The translations under genes were made by a program, and so were the position numbers. A stretch of DNA of 64,000 nucleotides from an uncultured Thermodesulfobacteriota bacterium (lineage in GTDB: Bacteria; Desulfobacterota; BSN033; WVXP01), in contig CAYGBK010000129.1 in NCBI GenBank assembly GCA_964348095.1, positions 11,404-75,403 of the forward strand, given 5' to 3'. The notes below the pieces were generated by a model, which saw only the letters and a list, made by a program, of their open reading frames with translations, searched no databases and was not told where the DNA came from. Of the stretch, positions 9,712 to 19,384 are shown in pieces (position 1 is the first letter of the stretch; each line of letters starts with the position of its first letter).

Positions 9712-9726
9712 CTATCAATTTGATAG
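9712..9726. promoter_or_regulatory. third palindrome copy CTATCAATTTGATAG, 27 bp upstream of the sigma-54 regulator start
   Basis: Read directly from the sequence. Same TATCA-N3-TGATA core as the copies at 7800 and 7835. Confidence 0.35.
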
Positions 9727-9878
9727 GTTGAGCAGTGACCTGCCGACTGTAAACCTGAACCTGTCCTGAAACCTTTGATCACGGGCCTGAGCGGGCTACA
9801 GGTGGACTTCCGACTTGGCTGATTGACCGAGACAGCCGGCGTGGATTTCTGCAACTCCCAAATGGTGATTCAGGGGGT

Positions 9879-9907
9879 AAAAAAAGGCAGGGCCGTATAG
9901 CCCTGCC
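9879..9907 (-). terminator. rho-independent terminator on the minus strand (8-bp GC stem GGCAGGGC/GCCCTGCC, loop CGTATA, then U7 on the minus strand)
   Basis: Read directly. No annotated minus-strand gene lies upstream of it, so it is an orphan terminator. Confidence 0.5.
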
Positions 9908-10272
9908 AAATGAAAAGAGGTAAATGTTTGTTTCTATATTGTTTTATACCAGTCAAACATTAAAAAGAGATTAAACACAGATTAAAGTTTTTTAATCCTC
10001 ACGACCCGTTACCTAACACTGCTCCTCCCGCCGACTGAAACTAACGTGTGACCCGTTCCAGGGCCTGGCCGTTCTTGACCCTTCTCATTCCCCCGTCAGG
10101 GATACGCCAGTCGAGACGATGGGGTCTCCTATTGCAAACTTTCATCGGAAAAGAATTTTCAAGGGAAATCGTCATATTTTCCTTCATTTTGGGTGCGAAT
10201 GGAGACACTGTTCATTTGGTCGCCATCGGAGGCTGGGCAAGTGGTGGTCAGGCCCCACATGTCCTCCCCGCC

Positions 10273-10301
10273 TTGACATCCCTTGGCCCAGATGTTAGCC
10301 T
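10273..10301 (+). promoter_or_regulatory. sigma-70-like promoter (TTGACA-17 nt-TAGCCT) upstream of the CheY-like gene
   Basis: Perfect -35 hexamer, 17-nt spacer and a TAnnnT -10. Lies about 75 bp upstream of ATG 10375. Confidence 0.3.
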
Positions 10302-10374
10302 ACCAAAGCAGAAACATCTTACTATTCAAGGGCTTTTCATTTGTCACATCGAGATGCTCTTGTTGGACATACCA

Positions 10375-10743
10375 ATGAAGAAAAAGAAAACCATCCTCAT
10401 TGTGGACGATGATGAGAATCAGCGTTTTCTATGTCAGGAAGCCCTGACCGATGAAGGCTATCGGGTTATATCCGCCAAAGATGGGAAAGAGGCCCTTGCT
10501 AAGGTCGAGGAGGAACCGCCAGATCTGGTGATACTTGATATCGTCATGCCAGAAATGGATGGCATGGAGGCGATGACCCGGATACTCAGAAAACACAGGA
10601 GGATTCCCGTTATCTTGAATACGAGTTACTCCAGATACCGTGAAGATTTCATAACGTGGGCAGCAGATGCTTACGTCGTGAAATCACCTGATTTTGTTGA
10701 ATTGAAAGAGAAAATAAAAGAACTTCTTTCGAATTCTCCGTAA
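10375..10743 (+). CDS. single-domain response regulator (CheY-like receiver)
   Basis: MKKKKTILIVDDDENQR...DLVILDIVMPEMDG...PVILNTS. The ORF track's 5' extension back to 10048 lacks an RBS and has no coding character. Confidence 0.8.
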   Translation: MKKKKTILIVDDDENQRFLCQEALTDEGYRVISAKDGKEALAKVEEEPPDLVILDIVMPEMDGMEAMTRILRKHRRIPVILNTSYSRYREDFITWAADAYVVKSPDFVELKEKIKELLSNSP

Positions 10744-10805
10744 CACGGGGACCCCAAAAGGAAACAATGACATCGAGCTTCGTGCTCCTCAATTACCGAA
10801 TCTAA

Positions 10806-12203
10806 TCAGGGGGTCATAAGTTTATCCACAATACCCTCAAAACTGCCATTACTCATAACCAGAATGATCTCTCCTTCCCGCACACCGGACATGAGAAAGT
10901 CAACGATGGCGTCCACGTCTGGAATGTGATGGGCCTCTATGGAATAATCCCGCTCGATATCTGAGGCCAGTTGTGATGGGTCGAGTCGATGGGCGGGGTC
11001 AATCTTCTCTTCTCGATATACCGCTCCGATAATCACTCTCGACGCTTTCTGAAATGCTCCTGCCAATTCCGTCTGGAAGTGATTTCGCCGGGTCGTATTA
11101 CTCCGCGGTTCGAAGACAGCCCAGATGGGATGTTCAGGATAATGACGTTCAACAGCAGAAATGGTTTTGGCGATGGAGGTTGGATGATGAGCGAAGTCGT
11201 CGAATACTATCGCCCCTCTGATAGTCCCCTTTTTCTCCATCCGTCGGCAAACGCCTTGGAAAGTCTTGAACCCACTTTCCACGGCCTCATGGGGCACCCC
11301 CAACCAGCGGCAGGCGATGAAAACCGCCCCAGCATTGAGTGCATTGTGCTCTCCCATGAGGGGAAGACTGAGTCGCCCCATCGACTCCCCGTCGTGATGT
11401 ATAGAAAAGTCTATCCCCTCTCCCGTGGCCTCTATGTCACTCACCTGCCACGGGATCCCCTTGTTGAGGCCATACCACTCAATGGGGCTAAACGTCTTTT
11501 CTAAGACCCGTCTGACAACAGGGTCGTCTCCATTGGCCACGATCAAACCCTTCCGTGGGACCAAGCGTGGCAGACGGGCAAAAGCCTTCTCAATCTCACC
11601 CAGATCATCATAAATATCCGCATGGTCAAATTCGATGTTGCTAATGATCACCAGATCTGGCGAATAGCAGAGAAACTTTGGCCTCTTGTCAAAGAACGCT
11701 GTGTCATATTCGTCTCCCTCAAGAACCACCTCAGGGCCGACTCCCAGTTTTGCTCCCCTCCCGAAATTGAGGGGGATGCCTCCAACGAAAAAAGAGGGCT
11801 CTCTCCCACATCTTTCGAGAACCCAGGTTAACAGTGACGTAATCGTCGTCTTACCATGGGTTCCAGCAACCACAAGAGTGCGCTTTCCTCGAATAAGTTC
11901 CCCTTTCAACAACTCGGGTAGGGAGAGATAGGGTATCTCAAGGTCCAGCACGTCCTCGACCTCTGCATTCCCTCGGGAGATGGCATTTCCGATCACGACC
12001 AGATCCGGCCGAGGGACCAGGTTGGAGGGATCGAAGGCCGTCGCAAAGGGTATGCCCTCGTTTTCCAGGTACCGGCTCATCGGTGGATACACCCCGGTGT
12101 CTGAACCGGTCACCTTAAACCCTTTCTCCTTCATTAATGCGGCCGCCGCCGCCATTCCGCTACCGCAGATTCCAATAAAATGGATGTGTTTCTGATTGCT
12201 CAT
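10806..12203 (-). CDS. mpl: UDP-N-acetylmuramate:L-alanyl-gamma-D-glutamyl-meso-diaminopimelate ligase (murein peptide ligase)
   Basis: 465 aa. N-terminus IHFIGICGSGMAAAAALMKEKGF and the Mur ligase central and C-terminal domains. Confidence 0.85.
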   Translation of the reverse strand: MSNQKHIHFIGICGSGMAAAAALMKEKGFKVTGSDTGVYPPMSRYLENEGIPFATAFDPSNLVPRPDLVVIGNAISRGNAEVEDVLDLEIPYLSLPELLKGELIRGKRTLVVAGTHGKTTITSLLTWVLERCGREPSFFVGGIPLNFGRGAKLGVGPEVVLEGDEYDTAFFDKRPKFLCYSPDLVIISNIEFDHADIYDDLGEIEKAFARLPRLVPRKGLIVANGDDPVVRRVLEKTFSPIEWYGLNKGIPWQVSDIEATGEGIDFSIHHDGESMGRLSLPLMGEHNALNAGAVFIACRWLGVPHEAVESGFKTFQGVCRRMEKKGTIRGAIVFDDFAHHPTSIAKTISAVERHYPEHPIWAVFEPRSNTTRRNHFQTELAGAFQKASRVIIGAVYREEKIDPAHRLDPSQLASDIERDYSIEAHHIPDVDAIVDFLMSGVREGEIILVMSNGSFEGIVDKLMTP

Positions 12204-13129
12204 CGAACTGCCAACCCACTCTCGTTGAAAATAACCTGACCGCGACGTCCATCAAGGGTCACTTCAACACCAAGGGGGATGGTGAGATTCTTCCGGCCAT
12301 GGCCCGACGGGAAATCCAGGACTATCGGAACCTCCAGATCCTTAAAGAGGTCGAGGACCACAGCCCCCAGGTCGATTCCGTCTCTCCCCTCACAACTCAC
12401 CATTTCGCCGAAAACAATGCCCCGAATTCGATCGAGTTTTCCAGCTTGTTTCAAATGGGTCAACATCCGGTCGATTCTATAGAGTGGCTCATTGAAATCC
12501 TCCACAAAAAGGATCGCGCCATCGAGATCTATCTCATAGGATGTTCCAACTGTAGTGACCAACAGGGAGAGACACCCACCTTTAATCTTCCCCTTTCCTA
12601 TGCCTGTCTTGAGCGGTTTACAAGGGGGAATTTCGGAAGGAAAACCCCTATGTAATGCCTCTTTTAGACTGGACTGAGTTACTCGTGCGTTTCCTTCTAG
12701 GAATTGGGCTGTCGCCAGATTGGGCCCGTGAAAAGGGATCAGGTGACACGCTTCCAGGAGATAGACTAGAAGGGACGTGACATCGCTTGATCCGATGAAT
12801 ACCTTTGGATTTCTCGAAATGATCTCGGAGTCTAGAAAGGGAATGATCCGTTGGGACCCATATCCACCTCGAGCACAGAATATAGCCCGGATTTCAGGGT
12901 CTGAAAACAAGGCCATCAGATCCTGCGCCCGTTCTCGATCATCTCCTGCAAAGTAGTGGCTCCTGCGCAGCGGATCAAACCTCGCTTTCACCTCAAAGCC
13001 AAACTCCTCTAAAATAGAAACTGCCTGACCGAGATGTGCTCTCCCCTCTGGGGTAAGGCATGCTCCGGGGGCGGTGATGGCAACACAGTCTCCGCGTTTG
13101 AGAGGAACCGACTTGACAAGTTTTTTCAA
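12200..13129 (-). CDS. ldcA: LD-carboxypeptidase (muramoyltetrapeptide carboxypeptidase, peptidase S66)
   Basis: 309 aa with the S66 family pattern (GSSD, ...GHG...). Overlaps mpl by 4 nt. Confidence 0.8.
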   Translation of the reverse strand: MKKLVKSVPLKRGDCVAITAPGACLTPEGRAHLGQAVSILEEFGFEVKARFDPLRRSHYFAGDDRERAQDLMALFSDPEIRAIFCARGGYGSQRIIPFLDSEIISRNPKVFIGSSDVTSLLVYLLEACHLIPFHGPNLATAQFLEGNARVTQSSLKEALHRGFPSEIPPCKPLKTGIGKGKIKGGCLSLLVTTVGTSYEIDLDGAILFVEDFNEPLYRIDRMLTHLKQAGKLDRIRGIVFGEMVSCEGRDGIDLGAVVLDLFKDLEVPIVLDFPSGHGRKNLTIPLGVEVTLDGRRGQVIFNESGLAVR

Positions 13130-13327
13130 AGAGATTCACTCCCTGGGCACCGAGCCGTCCGGTATGAATGGCGTTCTATAATCTTATGCAAAACCAACGC
13201 CGCAGGCAAGAGAAAGGAGAGCAAAACGACATGGTCTAAAAGCATTAAAGGAAAAGACCCTGCATGCCGATAAGATCACCTAGAGAAGTCACACGGAAGA
13301 ATTTGAATTTCCAAGGAGGGAAATACC

Positions 13328-14437
13328 ATGGCTCAGAAAGAGAAAACCCCGGACACGGGCGCTGAATTGATCCAGAAAGTCATTGCTGGAGCCTATAAAT
13401 ATCCGGTCTCAGATATCCATTTCAAGGTCGGTGAGCCTCCCTTTTATCGCATCTACGGGGAATTAAAAAGGCTTAATTCAACCCCCCTATCGTCGGAGGA
13501 TCTTCACATGATCGCGAGGGCCCTCCGACCCGATTTCGATCAACTTCAGGGCGAGAACAATTGGAAGCAATTTGATTTCTCTGTGGCTACCAATCGTTTG
13601 GGAAGGTTTCGGGTCAGCACATTCAAGCAGAAGGATACAATTGCAATGGTCCTCCGGGTGATTCCTATGGAGATCCCAAGTTTTACACAACTGCGCCTTC
13701 CGCTTGCTATCAAAAGAATCGCAAGCTTCGACCGAGGATTGATACTGGTGACAGGAGCAACGGGTATGGGCAAATCCACCACAATTGCGTCAGTGCTCGA
13801 TTTTGTCAATAAGAATTGGTGCAAGCATATACTCACCATTGAAGATCCCATAGAATTTAATATTGTCAGCGACAAGAGCAGCGTTTCCCAGCGGGAGATT
13901 GGCAGGGACCTGCAGGACTTTCACAGTGGATTGTGGGCAGCGATGCGACAGGATCCAGACATCATATTCATTGGAGAAATCAGGGACGCAAAAACGATGG
14001 ATGTCGCTATTCAGGCGGCTGAAACCGGTCATTTTGTGGTAAGTACCGTTCATACACCTGATGTGACTCGAACCATTAGCCGGGTTATCGGCCTTTTCCC
14101 TTCTGAGGATCAACACATGCTTCGAACTAGACTAGCGGAAAACGTGAAGGCGATTGTCTCCCAGAACCTCCTTCCCAGAAAAGACCAGACAGGTCGTGTG
14201 CTTGCCACGGAGATCCTTATCAATAACTACTCTGTTCAGGACTGCATTCGCGACCCGGACGGCACACCTCAAGATCTGCTGCGGCACATCGAGAACGGGA
14301 TGGATGAATATCAGATGCAGACATTCGAACACGATCTTGTTAGTCTCCTTAAGGAAGACCTCATAACCATGGATGTTGCGAAAGAGGCGGCCCGAAGCCC
14401 GTCAGATTTTGCGAAGAGTCTAGATCTCACCCGATGA
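13328..14437 (+). CDS. pilT: type IV pilus retraction ATPase PilT
   Basis: 369 aa. Walker A GATGMGKSTT and PilT/PilU family signatures (ILTIEDPIEF, His-box). Confidence 0.85.
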   Translation: MAQKEKTPDTGAELIQKVIAGAYKYPVSDIHFKVGEPPFYRIYGELKRLNSTPLSSEDLHMIARALRPDFDQLQGENNWKQFDFSVATNRLGRFRVSTFKQKDTIAMVLRVIPMEIPSFTQLRLPLAIKRIASFDRGLILVTGATGMGKSTTIASVLDFVNKNWCKHILTIEDPIEFNIVSDKSSVSQREIGRDLQDFHSGLWAAMRQDPDIIFIGEIRDAKTMDVAIQAAETGHFVVSTVHTPDVTRTISRVIGLFPSEDQHMLRTRLAENVKAIVSQNLLPRKDQTGRVLATEILINNYSVQDCIRDPDGTPQDLLRHIENGMDEYQMQTFEHDLVSLLKEDLITMDVAKEAARSPSDFAKSLDLTR

Positions 14438-14689
14438 CGAATGTGGTAGCCTCTGGATAGCTCACCTAAGCGGTAGAATCACCCGACCCGAGTTAGCCAA
14501 GCCTGTGAATTGGACAGCTGACATTCACGTGAAGACGTCCTATGTTATCAGCCACCCAATGTTTTTGGCGCCCAGAAACCTTGGCCATCCTCGGTCGAAA
14601 TTTTTCGACAGTGATTCTTGGGGCCCCTGGCGGCACTGAAAAGACGTGGGACAACTATCTTGGGAATCAGAAGCCGCTCACCTTTGCCC

Positions 14690-15337
14690 TTACCCAAAAC
14701 TGGCAATAATTCGAATGAGAAAGAGAAACATAAACTGGGCCGGGAAAAAGATGATTTTGAAAACTGGGGTCATAATCAGCAGGAGGAGTATGAGAAATCC
14801 ATAGCGACCGATCCTGTCGAATTGAACAGCAGCCCTATAGGACAGGAGCTCTCTCAGGATATGAGATCCGTCTAGTGGTGGAATAGGGACTAGGTTGAAA
14901 ACCGCCAAAAGAAGATTTATCCAGATCCCACCCTGGGGGAGAATTCGCAGCGCCCGCTCAAAGGGTGCCAAAAAAGGAAGATTTGCCAATGCGACTTGCC
15001 CGATAATACCAACAACGGTGAAAGAGAGGGCGAGCAGGAAATTCGTGGCTGGACCCGAAAGGGAGACAAGGATATCGTCTCGACCTGGGTTCCTGAAGTT
15101 TCTCGGATTCACAGGAACAGGCTTTGCCCAGGCGATGAAAAAGCTTGATTTTGTTAGGATCAGGAGCAGAGGAAAGAGAATCGATCCGAACGGATCGATA
15201 TGAGGAACTGGATTAAGGGTAATCCGTCCGGCGAATCTAGCTGTATCATCCCCGCATCGAGAGGCCATAAATCCGTGGGCGCACTCGTGCATGACCACAG
15301 AAAAAAGAAGAACAGGGAGCCAGAGAATCCATTCCAT
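14690..15337 (-). CDS. site-2-protease-family (M50) membrane zinc metalloprotease
   Basis: 215 aa. HECAHG (HExxH) in TM1, and LDG in a later TM segment. Confidence 0.75.
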   Translation of the reverse strand: MEWILWLPVLLFSVVMHECAHGFMASRCGDDTARFAGRITLNPVPHIDPFGSILFPLLLILTKSSFFIAWAKPVPVNPRNFRNPGRDDILVSLSGPATNFLLALSFTVVGIIGQVALANLPFLAPFERALRILPQGGIWINLLLAVFNLVPIPPLDGSHILRELLSYRAAVQFDRIGRYGFLILLLLIMTPVFKIIFFPAQFMFLFLIRIIASFG

Positions 15338-15437
15338 CTTTCATCCTTCTTCGACAAAGGGAAAGGGCCAACGGTGGACCGTCGCGTCAGCGTCTTATTT
15401 CTTCAAATATCCGTTATGATTGAGAGCAATTGCAATG

Positions 15438-15986
15438 TCACCAGGCTTCTCGCTGCGCCGACCCGGAAAAAATCTCTTTTTCATGATTCAAAAGCCATTT
15501 TTTCCGTCGAAGCCCGCCGCCATACCCAACAAGGTCGCCCCGTGTTCCGATGACCCGATGGCATGGGATGATAATTGAAATCGGGTTCCGAGCGTTAGCA
15601 CCGCCCACTGGCCGCGCAGCCTGGCCATTTCCCAGATTTCTTGCTATTTGTTTATAGGACCGGGTCTCCCCATAAGGGATTCGGAGAAGCTCGCGCCACA
15701 CCCGTTTTTGGAATGTCGTCCCCTGGGGCGCCAATGTCAAATTGAATTTCTCCCGCTTGCCCCTAAAATATTCATCAAGCTGAGATAGACACTCGAAGAG
15801 GATATCTGGACCGGAATCTCGCCAATTTTTGACGTCGCCACTGCAAAATCCTACCTCCACGATCGACGATTCACGCCCCAGGATTCTCACTGGGCCTAAA
15901 GGCGAGAGATAGCCAGTTCGAAAAGCGCCCGTCCATTGTCGGTCTCTCGAGGCATAGACATCCTCCCCCTCTTGATTCGAGCCCAT
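15438..15986 (-). CDS. ogt: methylated-DNA--protein-cysteine methyltransferase
   Basis: PCHRVI active site and TTFQKRVW...IPYGET DNA-binding domain. Confidence 0.8.
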   Translation of the reverse strand: MGSNQEGEDVYASRDRQWTGAFRTGYLSPLGPVRILGRESSIVEVGFCSGDVKNWRDSGPDILFECLSQLDEYFRGKREKFNLTLAPQGTTFQKRVWRELLRIPYGETRSYKQIARNLGNGQAARPVGGANARNPISIIIPCHRVIGTRGDLVGYGGGLRRKKWLLNHEKEIFSGSAQREAW

Positions 15987-15996
15987 CGCGGAGATA

Positions 15997-18843
15997 TTAC
16001 CTCTCGGACGGAGTCACCTGACCTAATCGGGCCAGCTCCTCTAACATTTTCTCCATGTTGTCGAGTGCCTCACCATAACCTCCCCAATCTCCGGCCTTCA
16101 AGTATTTCTGTGCAGCCCTGTATTGGTCGAGCACAGAAATAGCCAGGTCCTGGATCGATTTCCCCTCCATTTTTTGCTCTGGTATGGCTGCCACGGAAGG
16201 TGCCGGGCCTTCGAAGATTGCAGCGAGGGCGTCAGCCAAGCTTTCTTTCATGACCACTTCGTTCCCATAAGCAACAATCACTCGCTTCAATTCCGGCAGG
16301 GCAATACTTGTCGTGGGTTTTGGTGGTCGGCTCATTGAAGTCCGGTCAATCCTACCTCTCGGTTCAGGCTGTTGCTCTGGTTCTTGGCTGGCCTGAAGGT
16401 AGACGGGTTCGACATAGAGGAAAGACTGCTCGACAGGAATTGCCATGAGATTCCCTCGAATGACCCGGGAGCCCTTTTGTCCCCAGAGCGTCAACTCTCG
16501 TGAAATATCGGTCTGTTGGTCCACTCGCGCCTCCACCTGCATAGGACCGTACATGAGTTTGTCTTTTGGAAGCTTGTAAACCAAGAGATCCCCATAATTG
16601 GGGATGTCGCTTCGAGCAGCAAGCCACGCAATCATGTTCGCCTTCTTTGAGGGAGTGAAAGGCAACATGAGGAGGAACTCCTCGCGGCTCTCGCCCGGCA
16701 ACTTTATGATGATGTAATACGGCTCCATTTTCTGCTGGGTGTCGGCGTACAATTCATTGGGAATCTGCCAAAGGTCTTCCTGGTTGTAAAAAACCTGGAC
16801 GTCCTGCATATGGTAGGATTCGTACATGGCCGCTTGAAGATCGAACAAGTCTCTTGGATAACGAATATGCCCTTTAAGATGGTCGGGCATTTCTGAAAAG
16901 GGTCGAAACAGATCCGGAAAGATCTCCATGAAACTCTGGATGATCGGATCGGTCTCGTCGATCACATAAAGGCCTACCCGGCCCGTGTAGGCATTGACAA
17001 CCCCCTTGACCGAGTTCCGGATGTAATTGATACCTAGACCGCGTCGGCCGGCCAATCTTGAGGAGTATGGATACATTGATGTTGTCGTATACCCATCTAC
17101 CATCCAGTGGAGTTGGCCATCAGCGATGACCAGATAAGGGTCACGGTCAAAACGGAGGAAGGGGGCAATTCTTTTCACACGACTGTCAATACGTCGACTA
17201 AACATGATCCGACTTTCCGGTGTGAGATAACGGGTAAAAAAGATCTGTGGATTTCGAAAATAGACTGCAAAGAGAAGCCTTCTCATGAAAGAATTGACGA
17301 GAACCCCGCCCTCTCCCTGATAGGTGGTATAAACATTGCTGTCTCCCTTAGGGTAGTCGAACTCGGTTGTTTTTGTCCGTACGATCACGTAGTCTTCAGT
17401 CTTCTCACCGTAGTAAATCTCTGGTCGCTTGACGTCAATGCCCCGGCTCACAGGAGGGAGATCCTTAATAAACAGGTTTGGGAGTCCTTCTCGGGTGACC
17501 TGGTTGACAGGATTCAGCGCCAGCCCATAGCCGTGTGTAAACTTGAGGTGCCTGTTGACCCATGTTCGTGCCTGGAGAGGAAGCTTTTCCGCGGAAATTT
17601 CACGAGCCGACAACGTGACCTGCCTGTACTGACCCTCAAGAAAATAGCGGTCCACGTCGATGCCTGAGAAATCATAGTAGAGCCGAATCGACTGAAGCTG
17701 ATTATATGTCTCTTTTAGCGGACGTTCATCCCAGATCCGAATATTCTCAATGGTCATTCTGTTGTCAAGGAGGTCCGCCATAGTGAGATTCTCTCTAACG
17801 ATAAAGTCCTTCTCTTGGATTCTGTCAAGGCCATAGGCTCGCCGAGTATTCTCGATGTTATATGCGATATAAGGACTTTCCATATCGAGTTCGTTTGGTT
17901 TCACTATTATTTTCTGCACGACAGAGGGAATGACAGAGCCAGCAATCACCATGGCTCCTATTGTTCCTATTAGACCGACCACCAGAAGACCCCTTTTTTG
18001 GAGAAACAGGTTGATTCCCACCAGAATAGCGAAGGCGCCAAGAACGACCATGAGAATCTTATACGCTATCAGCTGGACGTGAATATCTGTATAGCTCGCC
18101 CCAAAAGCCGGTCCTTTGGTAGAGTACATCAGCTGGTAAACCTTTAGCCAGTAACCCCAGACGAGGAGAGCAATGATGCCTATTCCTATAATGGATAGGT
18201 GCTTGCTTGCATGTGGATCGAACCGCATTTTTGCGGCAGGCCGCGCGTCCTGGTCTTGGGCCTGGGTCGGGCCGATTTCCATATGGATGAGGTCTCCCCG
18301 GCTGTAAACCAGGAGAGCCACCATTCCTGAGAAGACTAGAAAACCCGTGAGCCACGATTTCAGAAAGAGGAAAAAGGGCAAAGAAAAGACATAGAAGGCA
18401 ACGTCTCGAAGGAAAATCGGATCAACAATCCCAAACGATTTAGGATGAAAATACATCAGGATCATACTCCACCGAGTAGAGGCAGCGCTGCCCACCATGA
18501 CTGCAATTATGACGAGAAAAAGGCCGATGGCTCGGCTGACCGTCTTTTCACTGATGGGAAGGCCTTCGACTGAAATACCGCCCTGTCGCCCGATGGTGGG
18601 TTGCGTCTTTTTCACATAGAATCGTGCCACGTAGTAATTTATTCCCACAGCCAGGACGAAGATCACCGCAGCAGTCAAACCGATAAGAATCTTTGAAAGC
18701 AGCAGGGTTACAAAAACCGATTCGAAGTTGAGGCTCTGAAACCAGAGCCAATCGGGATAGATGGTCGATGCCGCCCAGCCGAGCCCGATGAGGGCGGCCA
18801 CGACTAAAATGACAACTCTAAGCAATCCTGCATACCTCTTCAT
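15997..18843 (-). CDS. UPF0182-family large membrane protein (COG1615), function unknown
   Basis: 948 aa. About 7 N-terminal TM helices followed by a large extracytoplasmic domain. Ends 10 nt before the ogt start. Confidence 0.55.
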   Translation of the reverse strand: MKRYAGLLRVVILVVAALIGLGWAASTIYPDWLWFQSLNFESVFVTLLLSKILIGLTAAVIFVLAVGINYYVARFYVKKTQPTIGRQGGISVEGLPISEKTVSRAIGLFLVIIAVMVGSAASTRWSMILMYFHPKSFGIVDPIFLRDVAFYVFSLPFFLFLKSWLTGFLVFSGMVALLVYSRGDLIHMEIGPTQAQDQDARPAAKMRFDPHASKHLSIIGIGIIALLVWGYWLKVYQLMYSTKGPAFGASYTDIHVQLIAYKILMVVLGAFAILVGINLFLQKRGLLVVGLIGTIGAMVIAGSVIPSVVQKIIVKPNELDMESPYIAYNIENTRRAYGLDRIQEKDFIVRENLTMADLLDNRMTIENIRIWDERPLKETYNQLQSIRLYYDFSGIDVDRYFLEGQYRQVTLSAREISAEKLPLQARTWVNRHLKFTHGYGLALNPVNQVTREGLPNLFIKDLPPVSRGIDVKRPEIYYGEKTEDYVIVRTKTTEFDYPKGDSNVYTTYQGEGGVLVNSFMRRLLFAVYFRNPQIFFTRYLTPESRIMFSRRIDSRVKRIAPFLRFDRDPYLVIADGQLHWMVDGYTTTSMYPYSSRLAGRRGLGINYIRNSVKGVVNAYTGRVGLYVIDETDPIIQSFMEIFPDLFRPFSEMPDHLKGHIRYPRDLFDLQAAMYESYHMQDVQVFYNQEDLWQIPNELYADTQQKMEPYYIIIKLPGESREEFLLMLPFTPSKKANMIAWLAARSDIPNYGDLLVYKLPKDKLMYGPMQVEARVDQQTDISRELTLWGQKGSRVIRGNLMAIPVEQSFLYVEPVYLQASQEPEQQPEPRGRIDRTSMSRPPKPTTSIALPELKRVIVAYGNEVVMKESLADALAAIFEGPAPSVAAIPEQKMEGKSIQDLAISVLDQYRAAQKYLKAGDWGGYGEALDNMEKMLEELARLGQVTPSER

Positions 18844-19023
18844 TCCCTTGCCTCCTTTTTGACCGCCAACCGTTTTGGGAAGTAACCAAGGCTGTGCTGT
18901 CCAGGAAAGGAAGATAGAAAAACCAATTCAGACACAGACCAACAGGAAAAACATCCGAGGGCGGATGTTGGGATTATACCCGGAACAGGTCTGTTTGACA
19001 ACATAAACCGGTTCGGCGATTCC

Positions 19024-19344
19024 TCATCTGTCGTGCAGAGGAGTGCCGCAGTATGGACAGTATGAGAAGTCTCGCTCGAGGACCCGGTTGCAACGATGGC
19101 ATATTTCCCCGCCATGAGTTCCCTCTATCCAAAGGGCCTGGCCCGACTCAGTATTCACAGCCCCACAATTCTCACAGCTGAGGACGGGCTCACCCCGTCT
19201 GATGGGGATCACTGGGATAAAGAAAATACTCAGATACTGATCTACCCTCGTGAGATAAGCCTCGGGAGAGCCGCAGGAGGGACACCCTCGTGGATTATCG
19301 CTTAGTCGCCTAGTTTTCGGTTGAACTCCCGCAATAAAAATCAT
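19024..19344 (-). CDS. double zinc-ribbon protein (hypothetical)
   Basis: 106 aa with CPSCG...CENCG and CHRCN...CPYCG. Strong RBS GGAGGATTCT before the ATG. Confidence 0.55.
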   Translation of the reverse strand: MIFIAGVQPKTRRLSDNPRGCPSCGSPEAYLTRVDQYLSIFFIPVIPIRRGEPVLSCENCGAVNTESGQALWIEGTHGGEICHRCNRVLERDFSYCPYCGTPLHDR

Positions 19345-19384
19345 AGAATCCTCCGAGAAAGACTATTTATGGCAGAGGTGATCG

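Noticed and set aside
10048-10374. 327-nt 5' extension of the CheY-like ORF given in the ORF track (231 aa)
   Set aside because: The extension has no RBS, contains the predicted TTGACA-17-TAGCCT promoter and has non-protein-like composition. The canonical MKKKKTILIVDDDEN start with receiver-domain geometry is at 10375.
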